From Lentisphaerae bacterium GWF2_44_16 (lineage in GTDB: Bacteria > Verrucomicrobiota > Lentisphaeria > Victivallales > GWF2-45-14), in the NCBI GenBank assembly GCA_001803225.1, contig MHBF01000149.1:1-28965 (forward strand): a stretch of 28,965 nucleotides of DNA, in the 5' to 3' direction. Every line of letters starts with the position of its first letter. Positions within the stretch are counted from its first letter, which is position 1. Shown here one piece after another: positions 16,765 to 25,834 of the stretch. The notes beneath the pieces were generated by a model. That model had not been told where the DNA came from and ran no database searches. It saw nothing but the letters and a program-made list of their open reading frames with translations. A program made the position numbers and the translations under genes.

Positions 16765-18847
16765 TATTGAACTTTCAACAAACGCGTCTTTTACTTATAT
16801 TATAATTTATTACTCTGATGACAAATTTGAAGATATCAAGCCGATTGTTTATGGTTCTCGAGAAGAATTCATTAAACAGCAAGTAACATATCACTTGTTC
16901 TCCGATGAACTATTTGGTTTTGTAGAGGTGTTTTCAAAAATCATACAGTTACCTAGGGGTCTTTTCGATCTATATAGAGTTTCGCTTCAAACACTAACAG
17001 ATGTAAAAAATCATTCACACAATATCATACACATTCCACAGTATCTTGTCGATGAGATTATTAGCAAAGCGTCTTTAGGGGTGAATGGTTTATATAATCC
17101 CACACTACTGATATATGATGAAAGGTGTTTGAATGAAGTATTAAGGTTTGAAGAAGTCATATCAACATCGTTAGGTAAAATGAGATTCGTGGAGTTTAAT
17201 GATTTAGTGCCTAAAGATATTTGGAAAAGACTTCAAGACCTACATAGTTTTGAACGTATGGAAAAACTACAAATACCGAATTTAGCTGAATTCCTTACAA
17301 ATGATGAACTGAATGTTTTGCCTTCTTTCTTTTACTTAATTCAAAATGACGATTTTGATAGATATGTGAGACGAGATAAAGATGCAGAAAGCGCATTCAG
17401 TTTCAATAATAGAATACTAGATGAATATAATATAAGAATGATGGCACTGAAATCAACAATTGAGAACAGAAGTGATGATAAAGAAAAGAATGACAATCAT
17501 TATAAAGAACAAGTAAAGTATCTACGACAGTACAATCATAAGCCTTTAGTAATTACATTGCCGGGAATCCCCAATCATCAAAAAAGGTGTTTTAGGAATA
17601 TAGATGTAAAAGAAAACAACATTACAGAGCGATATGCAATCAAAAATATTGGTCTTTATAGGGCAATGGCACGCAGCGCAGCTTATCTTGAATTAAATTA
17701 CATGGGACAAGAGCTGTATAACATTGTCTATAAGTTGGAGAAACATTGTATGGGTAATATTAGTAATAAGTTTGTCTGGAGGTCTCTTAAGCGGTTTGGA
17801 GATATTATCGCAAAGAAGTTAAGCGATCAAGAGTTGAAACTGCTTACGTATTCAAATCAAATCACGTATTACTCAGATTTACCATTGGGTATAGCAATAT
17901 TACCCGGCGCCACGTCACCACTTATCTGCTACACATCTTTATCAGCAAACAATTTAACCCCACTTTCAAGACTATATCAAACAGAATTACCAAAACAAGA
18001 GGGGTTTTTCATATCGGGCAAGTTGAAGGTAATAATTGCTGAGTGTATTAGCAAAGATGATAAAATACGAGAGTTATCAGATGCTGGTTGGAACGGGATT
18101 AGAGACAATTTTAGAAATAATGAGAACATAGATATTTTTATAGAAGAAACTAATACAGTCTATAAATTAAAAAAGTTTTTAAGGTCAAATACAGATGCGA
18201 ATGTGTTAATTATCTCGGCGCACGGACATTATGACCTTGTGAGAAAAATATCTGGGATTATTGTGGGTAACGAATTTTGGAATGCCAATGAAAATGATTT
18301 TAGAGTACCAAAAGTCGTAATCTTAAGTTCTTGCCATGTAAGTCCAAGAGGGGTTGGAGCAATTAATATTTCAGATTTATTTATCCGAACAGGAGCACAA
18401 AGTGTAATAGGTACACTGATACCGATTAATACATATAAAAACGCAATTTTCATGCAAAGATTATTGGTTTATATGATTGAGTCGTTTTCTATTGATAAAC
18501 CAAAATCACTTGATGAAATTTGGATGCATGTCGTTTCTAGCAATGCGATTTTAGAAATTGTTCATTCTTCAAAAAAATTAGTAAAATGGGCGTTTTCAAG
18601 AAATAGTGACTCTGTATCTCCAATCGAAAAGTTTATGTTGGGTGAGAGTAAAATTGATTTACGAGCAAAACACATATACCAAGATAGCGTGAATAGACTA
18701 ATTGACATTGCCAAAGGTGACGGTATGGATCATTATGTGAAAGCAGTAATAGATTCACAAGGATTTTTTCCTGAATCAATATTTTATATATTGTATGGAA
18801 AACCCGAGTTGATTTTATTTGGAAAAGGTATCAACAAGTTAGCTTAA
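16754..18847 (+). CDS. 697-aa protein with a C-terminal CHAT (caspase-like His/Cys protease) domain and an uncharacterised roughly 450-aa N-terminal region.
   Basis: Conserved CHAT dyad context: VLIISAHGHYD (His) and KVVILSSCHVS (Cys), about 45 aa apart. Translationally coupled to the upstream small gene. AT-rich and island-like. Confidence 0.75.
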   Translation: MKNNIELSTNASFTYIIIYYSDDKFEDIKPIVYGSREEFIKQQVTYHLFSDELFGFVEVFSKIIQLPRGLFDLYRVSLQTLTDVKNHSHNIIHIPQYLVDEIISKASLGVNGLYNPTLLIYDERCLNEVLRFEEVISTSLGKMRFVEFNDLVPKDIWKRLQDLHSFERMEKLQIPNLAEFLTNDELNVLPSFFYLIQNDDFDRYVRRDKDAESAFSFNNRILDEYNIRMMALKSTIENRSDDKEKNDNHYKEQVKYLRQYNHKPLVITLPGIPNHQKRCFRNIDVKENNITERYAIKNIGLYRAMARSAAYLELNYMGQELYNIVYKLEKHCMGNISNKFVWRSLKRFGDIIAKKLSDQELKLLTYSNQITYYSDLPLGIAILPGATSPLICYTSLSANNLTPLSRLYQTELPKQEGFFISGKLKVIIAECISKDDKIRELSDAGWNGIRDNFRNNENIDIFIEETNTVYKLKKFLRSNTDANVLIISAHGHYDLVRKISGIIVGNEFWNANENDFRVPKVVILSSCHVSPRGVGAINISDLFIRTGAQSVIGTLIPINTYKNAIFMQRLLVYMIESFSIDKPKSLDEIWMHVVSSNAILEIVHSSKKLVKWAFSRNSDSVSPIEKFMLGESKIDLRAKHIYQDSVNRLIDIAKGDGMDHYVKAVIDSQGFFPESIFYILYGKPELILFGKGINKLA

Positions 18848-19041
18848 AATAAAGTTGTACACCATATAGTTTGTCCGTGTAAAAAATGGCGATAGAACAG
18901 TTTCGTCATTGAATTCAGGGGAGATCATGGTATTCAAAGCGCTTAACGAAACGAACTTCAATGGAGTTTCCCTAAGCGCTAGGTTCGACGACTTCCATCG
19001 AAGTATCGAAATGCAGCATTATTGCTTTTTGATATAGCAAC

Positions 19042-19103
19042 ATGTTATTATTTGACAATTTTACGTCCTCGAAATATCAATAGACATCTTTGACTTCATC
19101 GAC
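19042..19103 (+). promoter_or_regulatory. Copy (b) of the repeated promoter-like module.
   Basis: ATGTTATTATTTGACAATTTTACGTCCTCGAAATATCAATAGACATCTTTGACTTCATCGAC. TTGACA, a 17-nt spacer, then TATCAAT. Confidence 0.4.
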
Positions 19104-19121
19104 ACCCGTAGACATAGTAAT

Positions 19122-19180
19122 ATGTTATTATTTGACATTTTCCGACACGGAAATAGCAATAAGCGTCACTGACTTCAACC
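19122..19180 (+). promoter_or_regulatory. Copy (c) of the repeated promoter-like module, in tandem with copy (b), upstream of the 257-aa gene.
   Basis: ATGTTATTATTTGACATTTTCCGACACGGAAATAGCAATAAGCGTCACTGACTTCAACC. A further partial copy (CATAGCAATTAAGCGTT) lies at about 19285-19305. Confidence 0.4.
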
Positions 19181-19357
19181 CTGTACAGAAACATTCGACA
19201 AATAAAACCGAAATCGAAATCAACACTCGCTGACGATGAGGTGTTTTTGATTTCTTCTATATGCAGCAATAACAACAATTGTATAATTGTGATAATCCGG
19301 CATAGCAATTAAGCGTTCTATTATTTTGTGGAATTTGAAATATAGAGGTGATTGTGA

Positions 19358-20131
19358 ATGGAAATGAATGTTAAGGCATTTATCAAATATGAATCAAAGA
19401 GATTATTCGAAGATCGAGTGCTAGAACCCATTAAAATCGAACCCCTAAGAACATATCAACGACACTCGGCTCCCGATGTGTTTGGGATAGCCTTCAACAT
19501 TGCCTTCGATTACGAGTTATTTAAAAGGGGACTAATAAGCAATTATGCACCTCATCAAGACTATATCGCTCCCCTATATGATGAAGAAATTGCTGCATTT
19601 GATAAAGTGGAAAAGAAACAGGAATTGAACGCGCGGGATCTGCTTATACTGGTTAATCATGAAAACCTAAGCAGATTCGAGAATAACATGGCGATGTATA
19701 TGCAATTATCTTCTCATAAGTTCTCGCCCGCCGACGAAGAGAACATGAGGCTTGATCTTACGTTGATGTCCAGTTGTATTCACGAATTCTTCTCAAGCGT
19801 CTCTAAAACAGACAAGTTTATTCAGAACCCCGATTTTTTTTCAAAGCGTGTAGATATTTATGGTGACGGCGACTTCATCATGAACGACATCTTGTTCGAA
19901 ATCAAATGCGTGTCGAGCGATAACATTGAAACAAAGACTCAAAAACAGTTGATTTTATATAAACTGATAAATGATATCGATGAAGACAAAAGAAAGTACA
20001 CAATTAACAAATTTGGGTATTACAATCCACTTAAGGGGCAAATACATACATGGGATGCCATCATTCCGGAAAGTGTAATGAATCATTGGAGAGAATACGT
20101 GAGTTTGACTAAGAAAACAACCAGTCGATGA
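19358..20131 (+). CDS. Hypothetical protein, 257 aa, with a possible PD-(D/E)xK-like motif.
   Basis: AGAGGTG RBS sits 7 nt before the ATG. The D...EIK motif (VDIYGDGDFIMNDILFEIKC) is reminiscent of restriction-endonuclease-fold nucleases. This is a weak, unverified inference. Confidence 0.55.
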   Translation: MEMNVKAFIKYESKRLFEDRVLEPIKIEPLRTYQRHSAPDVFGIAFNIAFDYELFKRGLISNYAPHQDYIAPLYDEEIAAFDKVEKKQELNARDLLILVNHENLSRFENNMAMYMQLSSHKFSPADEENMRLDLTLMSSCIHEFFSSVSKTDKFIQNPDFFSKRVDIYGDGDFIMNDILFEIKCVSSDNIETKTQKQLILYKLINDIDEDKRKYTINKFGYYNPLKGQIHTWDAIIPESVMNHWREYVSLTKKTTSR

Positions 20132-20290
20132 CCGCGAAAGTGTCAGAGATACTTAATGTCAGATTCCGAGAGTATTATTGAGCGTTCCCGTTCATTATGA
20201 TGCACAAAGCCGCCTTCAAAGTGATTAGAGTAACACACTACGGAGGAAGGACGACACCGCCTCGCTAATGAATTGATGTGATTATTTCCG

Positions 20291-21442
20291 ATGAATCTCA
20301 ATGCTAGTGCAGTTAACGGTTTATTGGGGGATAGAAAGGTCGCGTCGCTTATGGAATACAAAGGAATAACAGATTCAACGAACGATCACGGCGGCGTCAT
20401 AGTGCTGGCTCTTGGGAAAACCTTGAACAGTACGCAGATGGCAACGATTAGCAATCGTTTTCAAGTCTACCGGGACTTCCAAGTTTTTCGCACCGACAGG
20501 ATTCCAAATATATCCGCCGGATACCACCGCATCGTGGGCGAAATGATTCAAGTGGATTGCGAACTGGGCGGAAATGGACTAGGATATCAAGACGGCTCCT
20601 CATTCACCTACATCAACAACAACGGCTCATGGGCGGGCGGCGTCAAATTACCCGCAGAAATCTTCAATGAGTATAAGTTACACGGCTATGATGCGTCATT
20701 CGGCACTGTGGAATATGACGGTCATCACATCAACTGCCAAGAGTTTTTCGACGGAGATACGGCGGGACTCCCCGATTTGACGCATGATCCCGATAACTTG
20801 ATTCTCCTCAAAAGACCGCACGTGGAAGACAACAACGTCAATCAACTTCCGCTCGCCGATAATATCGATCGAATTGAACGTAGTTATCGGACTGGGATTT
20901 CCAACCAATTCTTTTTGGGATTGCTGATAACGTCGCTTTTAGGCTTTCTCTTTGGATTCATCATCGAAGTCGCAACTGGGCTGATATCGAACCGAAGAAA
21001 ACATAGTTTGGTGTCGGTTGCCAATCAACTCAAAGCCCTTCTCAAACCCGGTGTGAAGATGGGTGTTTCCACCATGCTGCTCGGGCTTGGCTTGAATCTG
21101 GTAATGCAGTTGGTTTTTCTATTTCTGTTCGGCGTTCTACACTTCAACTCAGGAGAGGTCGGAATCCATTTCATCTCTTTGTTGGTTTATGTGGTGCTAT
21201 CCTTTGGGGTTTACACACTTGGAACCCTCAAGAAGAAGCATACGCTAGAATCCTTTTTCGTGGGGTATTTGCCAATTCTATCCACAATTGGCTTGATGTC
21301 GGCTGTTGGGATCATCTCGCTGTTCGTGACCGGACTATGGAAAATTCTCGGATGGATGATATCGCTTGGGATCATCATGGTCTTGCGTTTGGGGAATGTC
21401 AATCAAACCGGTTCGAACGATGTCGGCGTAAGTGTCAACTAG
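20291..21442 (+). CDS. Hypothetical membrane protein, 383 aa: roughly 200-aa soluble N-terminal domain plus 4-5 C-terminal transmembrane helices.
   Basis: Long hydrophobic stretches occur after about aa 200 (FFLGLLITSLLGFLFGFII, VSTMLLGLGLNLVMQLVFLFLFGVL, FISLLVYVVLSFGVYTLG, LPILSTIGLMSAVGIISLFVTGLW). GC content is intermediate. The start is uncertain, with an alternative M at 20351. Confidence 0.5.
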   Translation: MNLNASAVNGLLGDRKVASLMEYKGITDSTNDHGGVIVLALGKTLNSTQMATISNRFQVYRDFQVFRTDRIPNISAGYHRIVGEMIQVDCELGGNGLGYQDGSSFTYINNNGSWAGGVKLPAEIFNEYKLHGYDASFGTVEYDGHHINCQEFFDGDTAGLPDLTHDPDNLILLKRPHVEDNNVNQLPLADNIDRIERSYRTGISNQFFLGLLITSLLGFLFGFIIEVATGLISNRRKHSLVSVANQLKALLKPGVKMGVSTMLLGLGLNLVMQLVFLFLFGVLHFNSGEVGIHFISLLVYVVLSFGVYTLGTLKKKHTLESFFVGYLPILSTIGLMSAVGIISLFVTGLWKILGWMISLGIIMVLRLGNVNQTGSNDVGVSVN

Positions 21443-21675
21443 AATACATCGTGGGGTTGACGCCGAATCACCGTATTAGGAACTTATCGAAATAATGTCA
21501 ACGCGTTTATCACTGGGGATTTGGAGTGCGGATAGTAGAAAGCGTGGAAATCCCATTTGGCGCACAGTATGATCTTCGCTCTAAAAATTAAAAAACGGAA
21601 GGTAGTTCAATAAGCTCAACGGCGCTATCGGCGAAAACATGTCAATGTATGTTTATATCATATTGGAGGAACCCT

Positions 21676-22512
21676 ATGATCGGCGCAATCATTGGTGATA
21701 TCGTCGGCTCGCGATATGAGTTCGACAACATCAAGACGAAAGATTTCCCTTTTTTCCATGCCATCTGCCGTTTTACCGACGACAGCGTCATGACGATCGC
21801 CGTCGCAACAGCCTTGCTCCAATGCGACGGCGATTATTCCGATCTTTCCAATATTGTCGTGAAGACGATGCAGACGATCGGCCGCGACTATCCTTATTGC
21901 GGATACGGCGGATATTTCCGTCGGTGGGTGACGATGAAGGATCCCAAGCCTTACAACAGTTTCGGGAACGGCGCCCCCATGCGCGTTTCGGCGTGTGGGA
22001 TCGTCGGTCGTTCCATCGAAGAGACGATCCTGCTCGCGCGCAAGGTCACCGAAGTCACCCACAACCATCCCGAAGGCATGAAGGCCGCTGAAGCGGTCGC
22101 CCTTGCCGTCTTCCTGGCGCGCACCGGGAAATCGAAGAAAGAAATTCACGACGCTCTGAACAGACCGTATTACCATCTCGACTTCACTTTGGACGAGATT
22201 CGGGATTCCTATGGATTCGACGAATCTTCTCAGGGAACAACGCCCCAGGCACTCACCGCCTTCTTCGAATCGACCGATTTCGAAGACGCGGTGCGCAATG
22301 CCGTCTCCATCGGCGGCGACTCCGATACCGTCGCCGCCATCACCGGGTCCATCGCCGCCGCCTATTATGGCGTTCCGTCCCGGATGATCGAGAAAGCCTA
22401 TTGGTATATGGATCGGAATCTGGGCGGATTCATGTCCCTGTTCGAACAAAAGCATCCTTTCAAAAGAACTGATGCTGAGACGCTAAAGGAAATCCCGATC
22501 TACGCAAAATAG
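21676..22512 (+). CDS. ADP-ribosylglycohydrolase family protein (DraG/ARH-like).
   Basis: GGAGG sits 6 nt before ATG 21676. Motifs GAIIGDIVGSRYEF, TDDSVMT, GNGAPMR and GGDSDTVAAITGSIAAAYYG match the ARH fold. High GC. Confidence 0.85.
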   Translation: MIGAIIGDIVGSRYEFDNIKTKDFPFFHAICRFTDDSVMTIAVATALLQCDGDYSDLSNIVVKTMQTIGRDYPYCGYGGYFRRWVTMKDPKPYNSFGNGAPMRVSACGIVGRSIEETILLARKVTEVTHNHPEGMKAAEAVALAVFLARTGKSKKEIHDALNRPYYHLDFTLDEIRDSYGFDESSQGTTPQALTAFFESTDFEDAVRNAVSIGGDSDTVAAITGSIAAAYYGVPSRMIEKAYWYMDRNLGGFMSLFEQKHPFKRTDAETLKEIPIYAK

Positions 22513-22550
22513 CGGTGTCGAAACGCAAGTGTTCATCTGCGGAGGATACA

Positions 22551-23027
22551 ATGATGAGAAAAACCGTGTATGTAAGGGATGTATCGGAACAGTTTGGTCG
22601 AGGATGGTATATTTTCAAAGGATTGGGCATTCTCGATTTTTTACCATTCTTTCCGCAATCAAAGAACACATCCATATATCAGGATGTACCCGTTGACAGT
22701 GAGGGCGGATTATCAATGAAACTGGGCACCCTGAAATCGATAAAAAAATACCGGAGCAGACTTGGCATGAACTCGGGAACCGACATCTTGCTCATCGCCG
22801 ACACCGACAAACCGAAGATTCTCGGTTTTTCGCTGGAGGAGATTCGGACATTGACCAAAACGGATGACAATGTCATGGAAGGAATTCTACTGTATTGCGA
22901 CATTCACGACATTGATTGGAACGCAGTATGCTATTTCCGTGAAACTTCCACCGCGGAAATGTACATGAATCATCTGCGGTCACAAACCGACTTGAGAGTC
23001 TCCAATGATTGGAACGATTTTTCGTGA
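22551..23027 (+). CDS. Hypothetical protein, about 158 aa, immediately downstream of the ADP-ribosylglycohydrolase gene.
   Basis: GGAGG sits 5 nt before ATG 22551. The ORF is uninterrupted. No recognisable motif. Confidence 0.45.
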   Translation: MMRKTVYVRDVSEQFGRGWYIFKGLGILDFLPFFPQSKNTSIYQDVPVDSEGGLSMKLGTLKSIKKYRSRLGMNSGTDILLIADTDKPKILGFSLEEIRTLTKTDDNVMEGILLYCDIHDIDWNAVCYFRETSTAEMYMNHLRSQTDLRVSNDWNDFS

Positions 23028-23100
23028 TGGAATGGCAATGGATCCATATACATCTCGTTGTAGAAAACAGAAACAAGCGGCACCATGAAAGGCGGGCAAT

Positions 23101-23358
23101 ATGATTGAATCAAACGACTGGAGACTTACCGGACAGAAAAAACTCCTATTCCAGAAGACGCTCTATTTCCGAACATGGAAGGCGCCGCGGCCGGAGTGGG
23201 ATCATGATCATTGCACATTCTGCATGGATAAATTTGCTGCTCTCCCTGATACGCTACATGAAGGTTATACAACAAAAGATAACTATGTTTGGATTTGTCC
23301 CAATTGTTTCAACGATTTCAAAGAGATGTTTCAATGGGTCGTCGGGGTTGAGGAATAG
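23101..23358 (+). CDS. Small (85-aa) putative zinc-ribbon protein.
   Basis: HDHCTFC...ICPNC is a CxxC...CPxC pattern. AAAGGCGGG lies upstream of the ATG. Confidence 0.4.
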   Translation: MIESNDWRLTGQKKLLFQKTLYFRTWKAPRPEWDHDHCTFCMDKFAALPDTLHEGYTTKDNYVWICPNCFNDFKEMFQWVVGVEE

Positions 23359-23596
23359 GGCGGCACGAATCACGATTCTGTACCGATCCAAGGATCGCGT
23401 GGATGAATGCTGGCGAGGGGATATACCCGTGATGGAGCCGGAAATCACAATCATGTTTCTCGGGATGAACGACGGATTCGCGCGCGAACTTCACAATTAT
23501 CTGAACATCATGAGAACTTTTCTATATTCAATCGCGCTTTAACAAGTATCGGGGAACGGCCGACTTGCATCATGTGAATGGTCAAGAGGTGAGTGG

Positions 23597-24100
23597 GTGA
23601 AGAAGAACTACAGGTTTCATATGTTGTCCTGGTTGATTGCCCTTCTCCTGGGCTTTTTCGCCATGTGGCTCCTGGTGAATCTTCCCGACGAGTTCAGAGG
23701 GCTGCCAAGTCTCTATGTCGGGTTTATCTTCAACTGGATGGCGGCTTCTCCGCCCCGAAGGCTGGAACACGCTTTGTTCCGGAAGACCGATTTTTGGATG
23801 AAGCGCTTCATCATTTACGACTTTGAGAGCGAGCCGAACATTCCGCTTCTCTACATCTATCATCAATTGCTTGCTTATCTCTATATGATTGTCGGAATCC
23901 TGCTATGGGGCTGCATGTACGTTCTCTTCCTGTTAGGCTCGATCGAGTCGCCAGATCCCGCACGCTTCGTGATGATGACGATGGTGTGGTACACCATTGG
24001 CGCCTCCGGCGCACTCATGCTCGTCATGATCGTTCTTTCCGCCATTGACGAAATCCGATACACGGGCGATTTCTATGTCGATTCCAAGATCATCCGGTGA
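23597..24100 (+). CDS. Hypothetical small membrane protein, 167 aa, 3-4 transmembrane helices.
   Basis: GTG start preceded by AAGAGGTGAG. Hydrophobic helices LSWLIALLLGFFAMWLLV, LAYLYMIVGILLWGCMYVLFLLG and WYTIGASGALMLVMIVLSAI. Confidence 0.5.
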   Translation: MKKNYRFHMLSWLIALLLGFFAMWLLVNLPDEFRGLPSLYVGFIFNWMAASPPRRLEHALFRKTDFWMKRFIIYDFESEPNIPLLYIYHQLLAYLYMIVGILLWGCMYVLFLLGSIESPDPARFVMMTMVWYTIGASGALMLVMIVLSAIDEIRYTGDFYVDSKIIR

Positions 24101-24184
24101 ACGCGCGCTCACACATGCAAACGAATCGACCTCAATATGATGGACCGTTGCGGACCTTTGTTGCGTCCCGCACAGGAGGCTGAC

Positions 24185-24751
24185 ATGGACAAGATCCTTC
24201 CGCTACTCCACACCGTTCCGATCGTGGTGATCGGGACAAGACATCCCGATTATCAGGACCTGAGGCCGAACTACACGACCATCGGCGACGTCGCCATCGC
24301 CGGTATCCACCCGCCCTTGATCATGATCAGCCTCCACGAACGCCATCTGGGAAGACGGGCAATCGATGCCTCCGGCCGCTTCAGCGTCAACGTCCCTTCC
24401 CAAGAATTCCTTTCTCGTGTCGATTACTGCGGGATGGTGTCGGGGAACGATACCGACAAATCGAACGTCTTCGCGACCGTCTGGCACGAAGACGTTCCTT
24501 ATGCAAATGAGTTGCCGATCGCGCTCTTCTGCCAGGTCCTGGAACGCGTGCAGGTCGAGAAACGAATCATCTTCATCGCGAAGGTGGAACGCACCATCGT
24601 CAAGGATGGTCTGAAACTGGAGGATCTGCACGGAATCCAATACGGACTCGACAACCGCTATTACGGAACCGGCGTGCCGATCGGCGAAGGTTACCATGAA
24701 GGCGCCTCGCCGCTCGACCATTCGTCCGCCACATTGATTGCAATCCCTTAG
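24185..24751 (+). CDS. Flavin reductase-like (FMN-binding split-barrel) domain protein.
   Basis: AGGAGG sits 5 nt before ATG 24185. VPIVVIGT...TTIGDVAIAGIHPPLIMISLH...ASGRFSVNV matches the flavin-reductase-like domain pattern. Confidence 0.7.
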   Translation: MDKILPLLHTVPIVVIGTRHPDYQDLRPNYTTIGDVAIAGIHPPLIMISLHERHLGRRAIDASGRFSVNVPSQEFLSRVDYCGMVSGNDTDKSNVFATVWHEDVPYANELPIALFCQVLERVQVEKRIIFIAKVERTIVKDGLKLEDLHGIQYGLDNRYYGTGVPIGEGYHEGASPLDHSSATLIAIP

Positions 24752-24824
24752 TAGAATTCTACCGACGGTTGATTGATAACCGAACCCATCCGCGGTATAC
24801 TGACATTGAAGGATGTGATCACCG

Positions 24825-25742
24825 ATGATCGACAAAGTCATGATGGGAACGTATATCGCAAAGAAAAGACGATCGCTGGGAATGACTCAGATCGACCTGG
24901 CGACAAAGCTTCACGTCTCCTTTCAAGCGGTATCCAAATGGGAAAGGGGATTATCGCTGCCGGATAATGCCACGTTGAATCACGTATGCAAGGTGCTCGG
25001 AATCAATGAGGGCTGGCACATCTTCGAAATGGCTTCATCCATGTCATATCAAAACCTTGTGGACGATGTCAATGCACGGGGGATCACCGGGCAGAACTAT
25101 GTCAATCTTGGAGCGCTCGTCCAATCACCGGATTTTTCCTCGAAGCATGCGGAAGAATTCACCGATCCAACCGTACGCACTGTGCTGATGAAGATGATCC
25201 AAATGAAGAAAGACATCGAAGATCTCTCAGTATTACAAGTCTCTCACTTGCTTTGTCGGGTTGTCGTCGACGATATGGAGATGGGAGACATGCAAACGCA
25301 AACCGTGATCATCGACGACATCCCGTTGTGCATTTACTTGAGTCCCAGCCCTTATCCGACGGTCATTATGACAAAGTTGGCAAAAAGCATTGCGGATACC
25401 TTGACCGGAGTCGCCTTCATCGCCAACGAAAACCCAAGCACGAGCGATATCCAATATTCTTTCGCTTGTTCCGATCGCCTTGCTGCGAGCGGATTCAATT
25501 GTCTCTATTTGCGCGAACTCAGTGCCATCGCCTCCATGCGCAGGGATATCGAAGCGGGAACCAGTGGCGGAGGAACTTTTCAACACGCGTCACTTGTTGG
25601 GAAAAAGCAGTATTTCAGATCAAATGCCGTTCAAGAAACGATCAAGATCATGAAGCATTACATTCGGCAATTTAAAACCGATTTTTTGGTTACATTGTCC
25701 GATCAAGAAACCATAGATCATCAGGAAGGGAAAAGATCATAA
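24825..25742 (+). CDS. XRE-family helix-turn-helix transcriptional regulator with an uncharacterised C-terminal domain.
   Basis: N-terminal HTH LGMTQIDLATKLHVSFQAVSKWERG. 305 aa. Confidence 0.75.
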   Translation: MIDKVMMGTYIAKKRRSLGMTQIDLATKLHVSFQAVSKWERGLSLPDNATLNHVCKVLGINEGWHIFEMASSMSYQNLVDDVNARGITGQNYVNLGALVQSPDFSSKHAEEFTDPTVRTVLMKMIQMKKDIEDLSVLQVSHLLCRVVVDDMEMGDMQTQTVIIDDIPLCIYLSPSPYPTVIMTKLAKSIADTLTGVAFIANENPSTSDIQYSFACSDRLAASGFNCLYLRELSAIASMRRDIEAGTSGGGTFQHASLVGKKQYFRSNAVQETIKIMKHYIRQFKTDFLVTLSDQETIDHQEGKRS

Positions 25743-25834
25743 CGGATTCATCGACGATGCAATCCGCATCAAGGGTCGCAACGTTGGATTGATCCGCATC
25801 GCGTCAATCTATCAAGGAGCTTTTTCCGGAAAGG

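Noticed and set aside
21658-22455. 265-aa ORF on the minus strand.
   Set aside because: It is the antisense shadow of the high-GC ADP-ribosylglycohydrolase gene. Its product is Gly/Arg/Asp-rich low-complexity sequence with no RBS. The sense strand carries clear ARH motifs.
24203-24841. 212-aa minus-strand ORF, and the 82-aa plus-strand ORF 24366-24614.
   Set aside because: Both are GC-rich shadow ORFs overlapping the flavin-reductase-like gene, which has a convincing RBS and domain motifs.
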